DNA of 64,000 nucleotides, taken from Octopus sinensis. Its lineage: Eukaryota. Location of the stretch: contig NC_043017.1 of NCBI RefSeq assembly GCF_006345805.1, positions 7,006,001-7,070,000 on the forward strand, in the 5' to 3' direction. A model generated the notes under the pieces. It was not told where the DNA came from. It saw nothing but the letters and a program-made list of their open reading frames with translations, and did not search any database. The translations under genes were made by a program, and so were the position numbers. Positions 54,626 through 64,000 of this stretch are shown piece by piece (position 1 is the stretch's first letter; each line of letters starts with the position of its first letter).

Positions 54626-55015
54626 TTCTCTTTTACTTGTTTCAGTCTGTTGACTGCGGCCATGCTGGAGCACCGCTTTTAGTCGAGCAAATGGACCCCA
54701 GGTCTTATTCTTTTGTAAGCCCAGTACTTATTCTATCGGTCTCTTTTGCCAAACCGCTAAGTGACGGGGACGTTAACACACCAGCATCGGTTGTCAAGCA
54801 ATGCTAGGGGGACAAACACAGACACACAAACATACACGCACACATATATATATACATACACATATACGACGGGCTTCTTTCAGTTTCCGTCTACCAAATC
54901 CACTCACAAGGCTTTGGTCGGCCCGAGGCTATAGTAGAAGACACTTGCCCAAAGTTCCACACAGTGGGACTGAACCCGGAACCATGTGGTTGGTAAACAA
55001 GCTACTTACCACACA
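54626..55015 (-). mobile_element. SINE family A, near full length
   Basis: Reverse complement of 2707-3094. Confidence 0.88.
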
Positions 55016-56395
55016 GGGCTTCTTTCAGTTTCTGTCTTCCAAATCCACTCACAAGGTTTTGTTCAGTTCAATATTGAAGACACTTGCCCAATGTGTCACG
55101 TGGTGGGATTGAACCCAAGCCCATGTGATTGGGAAGCAAGCTTCTTACCACATAGCCATGCCAGCTTCTAATATGTTTAAATATAGTCTGTGTATTTAAT
55201 CATTTTCAAGAGAGCAGAGTAGTGTTTGAGGGAGAGACTTGACTGCAAGCTATCGTGGTTGTTGTGTTGTCCTAAACTGTAAGTCATCGACCTGCAGGTC
55301 AAATGACAGCGTAGAGGCTTCCTCATTGGCTGAGAATGGTTTCAGTCATTTGCTTAACAGTAGCTGATTGGTTAAGGGTGAAACACCTGTATTGCCAGGA
55401 TTCGTTAGCGTAGAACTGACAGATACCTGACCAAAACTGATATGGAGTACATTGGTAATTTACGTGTGTATGTGTGTGTGTGTTTGTCAGTATATATGTG
55501 TGTATTTGTATACATATATGTTTGTGTGTGTGTATATATATATGTGTGTGTATCTAAGTGTATATGTGTATGTATATATATTTGTGTATATATGTGTGGG
55601 TGAATATGTATATGTGTGTGTGTTAGTGTATTTTTTGCATATATATCTATATGTATGTGTGTGTGTATATATATATGTGTGTGTGTGTATATATATATAA
55701 TATATATATACACATTCATATATGCATATATATATATATATTCGTACATACAAGTATGTGTGTGTATATATATACATGTGTGTGTGTATATATATATATA
55801 TGAATGTGTGTGTGTATATATATATATATATGTGTGTGTGTGTATACACATATATGTATATATACATATGTGTGTATATATATGAATGTGTGTATATATA
55901 TGAATGTGTGTATATATGTGTGTGTGTTTGTGTATGTCTTTGTGTTTTTGTTCATCCGTCAACACCACTTGACAACTAATACCAGTGCTTTTATGTCCTC
56001 GTAACTTAGCAGTTCAGCTAAAGAGACTGAATAAAATAGAATAAGTACCAGGCTTAAAATTTTTTTTTTAAATAAGTACATGGGTCGATTAGTTCAACCA
56101 AAAAAATATAATATATTCCTCAAGGTAGTGCTCCAGCATGGCCGCAGTCCAAAGACTTCAAACAAGATTAAAGATAGAAGATGGAGTAACTACTTCATCT
56201 TTATTTCATGGTGACTTATAAAGACTACTGTTTATTCGACTAAACCTCGTTCCATAGATGAGACGCAAATTAGGACAACTGCTGTGATTGAGGATTGAAA
56301 CGGAAATCAGCTGCAAAGCATATTTCTGTGGTATTTGAGAATTGCATCGTGGTTTGTGTATTTTATGTTGGAGGACATGTTTGTTGAAATTGGAG

Positions 56396-56625
56396 GGCGG
56401 CGAGCTGGCAGAAACGTTAGCACGCCCCGCGAAATGCGTAGCCGTATTTCGTCTGCCGTTACGTTCTGAGTTCAAATTCCGCCGAGGTCGATTTTGCCTT
56501 TCATCCTTTCGGGGTCGATTAAATAAGTACCAGTTATGCACTGGGGTCGGTATAATCGACTTAGTCCGTTTGTCTGTCCTTGTTTGTCCTCTCTGTGTTT
56601 AGCCCCCTTGTGGGTATTCAAGAAA
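56396..56625 (+). mobile_element. SINE B, young full-length copy
   Basis: 17-bp TSD atgtttgttgaaattgg on both sides; CpGs retained. Confidence 0.9.
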
Positions 56626-57073
56626 TATGTTTGTTGAAATTGGGGACTTCAAGAAAACACCTGTTTGAAAATAACGAAGTAGATGTTTATTTCATTTACC
56701 CTTTTATGCAAATTAGGTCTACCGTAAATACAAGTCGTGCATGTTTAAAATTGCACCTTGACCCTACGATGTGTGTGTGTGTCAGAGAGAATGTTTTTAT
56801 AAATAAACTTTGAGGTGCCGAGTGTGTCAGTATTTCACAGAGAATGAAGGAAATCTTGAATGCAGAATAGTTGTAAGAACAGCTGAGAAGATTAGGTAAA
56901 TACCCGGCCAGCTACCTGCTTCAGAGAATCGAACTCTGAACCTGCTCATTGGGAGGTACAGGGTTAAATTCTGGGTTGCAACATGCTGGCCTCTTTTTTT
57001 AGTCCTCTAAGCTATTTTCACAGCTATTCTGCATTTGAGACTTCCTTTATTTTTCTGTAAAGTCGTATGTGTG

Positions 57074-57108
<35 letters not shown>

Positions 57109-57636
57109 ATATATATATATTATATATATATATATATATATCTACCTATCTATCTACCTATCTATCTATCTATCTATCTACTATCTATCTATTATCTATC
57201 TATCTAATATGATTAAAGTAAAAAAATTAAAATAAAGCTGAAGCAAATTTACACCAAATATATATTGCGTGTGTTTTTATTGGCTAAACTGGCAACATGA
57301 CCATCCCCAAATACAACAACATATATATTACAGGCTTCTTTCAGTTTCTGTCTACCAAATCCACTTACAAGAGTTTGGTTGGCCCGAGACTATAGCAGAA
57401 GATACTTGCCCAAGGTACCATGCAGTGGGACTGAACCTGGAACCATGTAGTTGGGAAGCAAACTTCTTACCACACAGCCAGATATATATATATTATGTGT
57501 ATATATATTATGTATATATATTATGTATATATATTATGTAATATATATATATATACATATATATATATACATACGTAACATACATACATATATATATATA
57601 TATTATATATATATATATATATTATATATTATATAT

Positions 57637-57680
<44 letters not shown>

Positions 57681-58259
57681 TAATAACAGAAAGGCTCCAA
57701 TTTCCAGTTTTCAGAGTTCCTCTTTCCAACCATCAGCTGGTAAACAAGCCTGGTTTTCTTTTGAACATCCTTTGTTTGAATTTTTTTTTTTCTGAAATCC
57801 AAAATAAAAAGGTTTGAAGAAAATACTTATCGTTATGTTCTTTCATTTTCAAAACGTCTGTGAACGACACATCCAAGCAGCTGCTTCAAGCTCATACTTG
57901 GGATTTCATTTCTGGTTCTCATGAAAATGTTATTCAAAACGTCTTAAAAAGCCATACAGCCAATGTCATGAAACTGCATTCTTGTTTGAGCAATTTTCCA
58001 TACAAATGCTTTTTAAGTAATGTTTTTATTTTTTAAAAAGAAAAGCAAATGAGTGTGTGGGTTTTCGTTTTTGCGTGTGCCTGTGCAGACACATACGACT
58101 ACACATGTGCACAATCGTACACACATATGCACAGAATTATATAGTCACGTACACATATACACATGTTATATATACATATATATGTATCCGCACACATAGA
58201 CACACACCCACACATATTGTATCCTATAATTTATCACTTCTGATAAATCAACAGCTTCA

Positions 58260-58304
<45 letters not shown>

Positions 58305-58312
58305 ATTATTAC

Positions 58313-58349
<37 letters not shown>

Positions 58350-58997
58350 GTTATTATTATTATTATTCATGATAAACTATGGAGAAAAAATCAGACATAA
58401 CCTATTATAAATGTAAATTGTATAGAGTTCATAACACATTCGACAGGAAAATAAACATTTAAAATTGTTTTGTGTGTGTGTGTCATCATCATCATCATTT
58501 GATGTCCACTCTCCATGCTGGCATGGGTTAAATGGTTCGACTGAAACCGGTAAGCGTGAGAGCTGCACCAGGTTCCAGTCTGATCTGGCTTGGTTTCTGC
58601 AGCTGGATGCCCTTCCTAATGCCAACCACTCCAGGAGTGTAATGGGTGTTTCTATGTGCTACCAGCACAGGTGCCATTTACATGACACTGGCAGCGACCA
58701 CGACTACAATCCACAGGTGCCGTTCACATGGCACCGACAACAACCACGACGATTCACAGGTGCCCTTTAAATAGTACCAGCATCAACCACGGCTATAATT
58801 CATGTGGCACCATTTACGTGGCACCATCAATGGCCATGACCATGATACACTGGTGCTCTTTAAATGGCACTGGCAACCAGCAACCACAACTACGATTCAT
58901 GTGTGCCATTATATGGCACTGACATACATTTTAGCTCGTGTTTTTTTTTCTAATGTGATTGTAAATCTATTTCAGAAATGCGGAAAAAGCTCTAGCT

Positions 58998-59192
58998 ATG
59001 TCTATAGCTTCTAATTCACAAACAGAGAAATTAGACGATGTGCCCCACTTAAGGCTGGATTCTGAGTCAAGTCTAGAAAATGCCTATCAAATAGGAGAGA
59101 AGATTGGCCAGGGTAGTTTTGGCAAGGTTTACAAAGTCACCGACAAAAAAACTGGTGAGAGATGGGCCATGAAATGCATCAGTAAACAAAAG
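58998..59192 (+). CDS. STK33: STK33-like Ser/Thr kinase, exon with kinase subdomains I-II (splice acceptor at 58976; frame is open from the acceptor)
   Basis: Translates MSIASNSQTEKLDDVPHLRLDSESSLENAYQIGEKIGQGSFGKVYKVTDKKTGERWAMKCISKQK. It has the GxGxFG loop and the catalytic Lys (WAMK). VPHxR before the domain resembles vertebrate STK33 (VPHIR...GKGSFG...WAIK). Acceptor tctatttcag|, donor AAG|gtaaga, phase 0. Confidence 0.93.
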
Positions 59193-59753
59193 GTAAGACC
59201 CTCTCTCTCTCTCTCTATCTACCTCTTCACTCTCTCCCTCTTTGCTCCCTTTCTCTTTCCCTCTCTCCTTTTTCTTCTATCTATCTACCTCTTCTCTCTC
59301 TCCCTCTTTGCTCCCTTTCTCTTTCCCTCTCTCCTTTTTCTTCTATCTCCTTCTCTCATCTCCTCCCCCTCTTTATCATTCTATCTCTCTCTTTATTTTC
59401 AGTATATTGCTTACTGGAGCGCACTCTGGCTATCTCTCTAGCGACCGGGTGTTCGCGACTGAGGATGAGCGAATCTAGCCCAAAACAAAGTCAGTCTTGC
59501 GATCCCGTCATCTGCTAGGTTCGCTCCCCTGCTTGCAGGCAGCACCTATAACCAGCTGGCAGAAGATCTGCCTGGGGTTAAAATAGTAGTAACATTGAAC
59601 AGCCACTTTTTGATGTAGTGATTAACATTACTCGTTAGTATAGTTACTACCCTCATCTCTTATTGACATTTTTATAACTAACTACTTTGCTTATATATGT
59701 GTGTGTATGTATATATATGTATATATATATGTGTATATATATGTATATATATA

Positions 59754-59794
<41 letters not shown>

Positions 59795-59868
59795 GTATGT
59801 ATGTATGTATGTATATATGAAATTAAATAGATGATGAGGGAACTAGAAATTATGTAATGAACTTCATT

Positions 59869-59912
59869 AGCTTACAGCTGTTTCTGCTGTAGAACGCAAT
59901 GCATTCAGAGCT
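59869..59912 (-). ncRNA. Degenerate type-I hammerhead motif in an STK33 intron
   Basis: Minus strand: agct-CTGAATG..tgc/gca-GAAAC-agct-GTA-agct. The core is altered, but helices I and III and the GUA triplet are intact. It lies between (TA)n tracts. Confidence 0.45.
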
Positions 59913-60551
59913 TTGTCAATTACTTTATTTCTTACTATATTATGCTCTGTATTCACCTAATGTCTTTTACTGAAATATATATATATATATATTGAGTTCT
60001 AACATCAGGTTATTAATACCACTATGCCCATGTGAAATATTAAGATATATATATATATATATATATATATCAGAAGAAATGAGGTACTCAGAAAATCTGA
60101 AGAATTCACTAGAGTGGATGCAAGCGCTAATATATGATTTATAAAAAACATGTGACATATTAATAAAAATCTGTAAATATAAAACCATCCAGATTTCTGA
60201 GTACCTTATGTACCTTATTTCTTCTAATATATAATACCTGTACATCTCCAAACGTTCTAATATATATATCATCATCATCGTCGTTTAACGTTCATTCCCC
60301 ATGCTAGCATGGGTTGGACGGTTCGACTGGGGATCTGGGAAGCCAGAAGGCTGCACCAGGCTCCAGTCTGATCTGGCAGTGTTTCTACAGCTGGATGCCC
60401 TTCCTAACACCAACCACTCCGAGAGTGTAGTGGGTGCTACACACACACACATACATATATATGTGGCGATGAACTTTACTTGTTAGCATAATTACTTCTC
60501 TCATTCCTTATTCTTGTGTGTCTATATTTTGGTTTGTTTTCTGTTCCACAG

Positions 60552-60656
60552 TCTGGCAGTGCACCGACACAGTTGTTTGAGAGGGAAGTGGCAATATTAA
60601 AGAGAGTGAGGCATGAAAACATTATCATGTTGAAGGAAGTTTTTGAAACGCACGAT
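60552..60656 (+). CDS. STK33: STK33-like kinase exon (subdomains III-IV)
   Basis: ttccacag| SGSAPTQLFEREVAILKRVRHENIIMLKEVFETHD |gtaagt. 105 nt, phase 0/0, in frame with the flanking exons. Resembles STK33 AGSSAVKLLEREVNILK..HEHII..VFET. Confidence 0.93.
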
Positions 60657-61289
60657 GTAAGTTAAGTTTGTTTCAAGTTCTAATGTCTTCTTTTATTAAG
60701 GATTGAATGTTGGTGAAGCAGCGAGGCTGGCTCTGTATGGTCAGTCAACCCATTAGAAGAATTATTCTATTCAGTCACATTCATATACTCTGCTATGTTG
60801 CAAAAAAGTGGAAGGACACATTGTGCAGTGTACTTATATCATCCTTATCGTCCTCATCATTAGCATTATCATCATCTTTTTAGCTCTTACCCCTGATTAG
60901 CTGGTTTTGCTTACTATTCAAATTTATCCACATGTCCCTCCTGTCATCTATATAAGATAATTCTTATATGCTTTGACACTCCCATCTAATAAGCACTATA
61001 TTTTGTGGAAAATTCATTGAGTATTCACTAACTAAAACTGATTACCTGTATGTTAATTATGTTCTTGCAATGGCAGTGAACTGGCAGAAATGTTAGATGC
61101 TGGGCGAAATGCTCAGTAGTATTTTGTCTGCCTTTGCATTCTGAGTTCAAATTCCACTGAGGTTGATTTTGCCTTTCATCCTTTTTTTCGGGTTCAGTCT
61201 CACTGAACCCGAAACCATGTGGTTGGGAGGCACGCTTCTTACCACTCTGTGTGACAGAGAGAGAAGGAGAGAATGGTAAACATGCTTCT

Positions 61290-62500
61290 CAGGAATTGTG
61301 GGCCATCTTTATTAGAATGACTAGCTCTTAATCCTAAAAGAGTGTCAACCCTCACAACAGACAGATTCAGAAAAAAAACCTCCAGAACTTCTTTAACCCT
61401 TTTATTACCAACCCGGCTGAAACCGGCTCTGGCTCTGAGTACAAATGTCTTGTTTTCATAAGTTTTGAATTATAATCTTCCACCAAACCTTAGTCTCAAT
61501 TTATGTTCCTAACACTATCTTAATGATAACTAATTCATTTTACTAAATTCTTTGTTATATTTGAAGTAACTGAAAGAAACACAGAGAATCTCAAAATAAA
61601 TACAGTAACGAAAGGATTAAGGACTTCAGTTTCCAAGTAATCACTGAAGCCCATACCATGAAATCAGTTGTCTAGATGTTATCCCTGGACCTCTCCGATA
61701 TTGTTTTTACCCTCACTGTAACTGTAATGAGACTTAATTATTTACTTAGACATTTGGCTTCCCAACTCTCAACCAAACATTATCTAAAATCACATCCTAA
61801 ACATCTTACACAAACTTTCTCATCTATCATCTAATGAACATATATTCCACACTGCATACCATTATTACTATGAAGCCCTCATCAGAAGCAGCTTTAAGGA
61901 TAAAATCCATTTCATATCAAGACCTACTTCTTACCCTAATAAAGACAAGAATAAATAAAAGAGCGTGATCTGGTGCTCCCTTCACTTGGCTCAAATCTTC
62001 TTTTAACTCCTTAAGAAACTTTTCATCTTAAACCATAAATACCACCAGCTATTTAGTGAAAAGCTACTCTTGAATATTTATACTCTACTACCCCAAAAGC
62101 CAACTGCAATTCTGCTCATTGTAACTCTTTGAAAATTAATACTGTGCATCCACTATATTCCTAACAACTGCGCCTTAGATTCTGACTTCATGAATAAGTA
62201 TATTGTATACCAATGTCTGGTTACTACTAAAGACAACATAAACACTTATGTTGGTATGACCTCAAATCAATTTAAACCAAGATTTTATTCCCACATGGAT
62301 TCCTTTAAAAACAGCAAATGCAAACAAACTTCTTTGGCTACATAGATTTGGTTATTAAAGGATAACTTAAGACCATATCATCTTAAATGAAGCATACATC
62401 CTACAGCTAAAGCATATAAGAAGAATAATAACCCTTATGATCTTTATACAATAGAGGGCTTCCTTAATATATTTTGTAAAGACTCTTTTATTCAAATGTC
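61290..62500 (+). mobile_element. Penelope-like element remnant (RT C-terminal part plus GIY-YIG endonuclease), Naiad/Neptune-like
   Basis: Decayed LY*ND (YxDD), LDV, LSSNEHIFHTAYHYYYEAL and VIW, then NCALDSDFMNKYIVYQCLV..TYVGMTSNQFKPRFYSHMDSF..TSLAT*IWLLK (GIY-YIG). Confidence 0.8.
61397..61616. mobile_element. piggyBac-type MITE inserted in the Penelope RT
   Basis: TTAA|CCCTTTTATTAC...GTAACGAAAGGA|TTAA. Removing it restores ...QNFFKDFS... A related partial copy ends at 14520. Confidence 0.8.
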
Positions 62501-62552
62501 ATTCAGAGGATGAGTTCAAGCTGCAGTAGCAGAAAATTCATGATGTAGGAGT

Positions 62553-62969
62553 GGCGCAGGAGTGACTGTGTGGTAAGTAGCTTGTTTACCAACCACATGG
62601 TTCCGGGTTCAGTCCCACTGCGTGGCACCTTGGGCAAGTGTCTTCTGCTATAGCCCCGGGCCGACCAATGCCTTGTGAGTGGATTTGGTAGACGGAAACT
62701 GAAAGAAGCCCGTCGTATATATGTATATATATATATGTGTGTGCGTGTATGTTTGTGTGTCTGTGTCTGTCCCCCTAGCATTGTTTGACAACCGATGCTG
62801 GTGTGTTTACGTCCCCGTCACTTAGCGGTTCGGCAAAAGAGACCGATAGAATAAGTACTGGGCTTACAAAAGAATAAGTCCTGGGGTCGAGTTGCTCGAT
62901 TAAAGGCGGTGCTCCAGCATGGCCGCAGTCAAATGACTGAAACAAGTAAAAGAGTAAAGAGTAAGAGTA
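62553..62969 (+). mobile_element. SINE family A, full length, intronic
   Basis: Near-identical to 2707-3094. Confidence 0.9.
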
Positions 62970-63099
62970 TAGATTTTGCGAGCCAACCAGTGTGTGTATG
63001 TGTGTCTGTGAAGAAAGATAGTTAAAAATAAAAGTGTAAATATGAATAAAATTTTTAAAAATAAATTATGTATTTGTGTATAATCTTGTGTTTCTACAG

Positions 63100-63238
63100 A
63101 AAGTCTTTCTAATTATGGAATACTGTAGCGGCGGAGAACTGGGCAAGCAACTGAGTGCTGCAGTGAAGTTTGATGAAGCTATTGTCAAGAACGTCATGAC
63201 TTCTCTAGTGAGTGCAATATCCTATCTTCATAAATGTG
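63100..63238 (+). CDS. STK33: STK33-like kinase exon (subdomains V-VIa); gene continues past the window end
   Basis: tttctacag| KVFLIMEYCSGGELGKQLSAAVKFDEAIVKNVMTSLVSAISYLHKC+G |gtgagt. 139 nt, ending in phase 1 just before the expected IVHRDLK exon. Confidence 0.93.
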
Positions 63239-64000
63239 GTGAGTTGAACCTGTAAACCAGACTCCATTGTAAGGTAAAACCACCCTCTCTAACCATTCAC
63301 CCACTTGCCCGTCCCCCACCACCCACAAACAGAATAGATATGAGGTTTACAGTATTTCTGTTATATGTGTGCATGTATCTACGTATCAAACGTTGTTTTT
63401 TAACATCAGCTTTCCATGCCGGCATGGGTTGGACAGGTTGTTACAGTCAGTGGCAGCACATATTCAAGGGGTGCTGCTCACCTAGACAGGCCATGGGACC
63501 GCATGTTGATTGCACTTCACTTTTGGTTTCATTTCTCAGGATGGATTAACCCCACCACCGACCTCAACAACACCCACTTTACAGAGTGTTCTGTGTGCTT
63601 TTTTTTTCATGGCACCAGCATTAGAGAAGTAGTCATGTCCTCAACACAACTAAAGGAACCTCACAGCCCCACATTTTTTGGTCACTTGCCAGCCTCTTTA
63701 CTGAGTGAGAAACATGAGTGACAGAGACACGAATGATAGTGATCAGCGGGATATATGATAGAAGAAAAGTGATAGGAGTAATTCGGTATAATAAGATTGT
63801 GACCTCTCTTCTTGTTGACCATAGATGAAAGTCCTTCAACTTTTTGCTGGACAACCCCTGCACAGAAGAACTGTTTATTGTGATCAAACGTTTGTATTGT
63901 ATATTAGTCCACTCCTTTTATCAGAATGGATATTGCCTGTTCAAGCAAGTGCATGATATGCTAACTGTCATATACTGAAGTGATTGCCAGGGCAACGGGA

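Noticed and set aside
62340-62545. Selenoprotein/SECIS signature as reported for some Naiad elements
   Set aside because: The in-frame TGA falls at an expected Trp position, TAG stops and frameshifts are also present, and no convincing SECIS core is visible.

Overview
This is AT-rich, microsatellite-saturated animal genomic DNA. The SINE, LINE and Tc1-mariner repertoire looks cephalopod (Octopus-like); that assignment is an inference. Almost all ORFs in the track are simple-repeat or SINE artefacts. The only clear host gene is an STK33-like Ser/Thr kinase on the + strand. It has three in-frame exons (58976/58998-59192, 60552-60656, 63100-63238) and continues beyond the window. A candidate Cys-rich upstream coding exon at 43303-43370 is phase-compatible with it. 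The rest is nested mobile DNA: four tRNA-SINE families, many 5'-truncated RTE-type 3' ends carrying a variable hairpin-unit array, fragments of Tx1/L1, R4/Dong (with a twin-priming-type inversion), RTE and Penelope-like elements, mariner/maT remnants, hAT, piggyBac and pogo MITEs, and minisatellites. The most interesting signal is a dispersed set of about ten type-I hammerhead-ribozyme motifs from at least five unrelated short element families, mostly embedded in (TA)n tracts. One locus is a ~115-bp palindrome carrying a hammerhead on each strand. A 100-N assembly gap lies at 52703-52802. Repeat boundaries were read by eye and are approximate.
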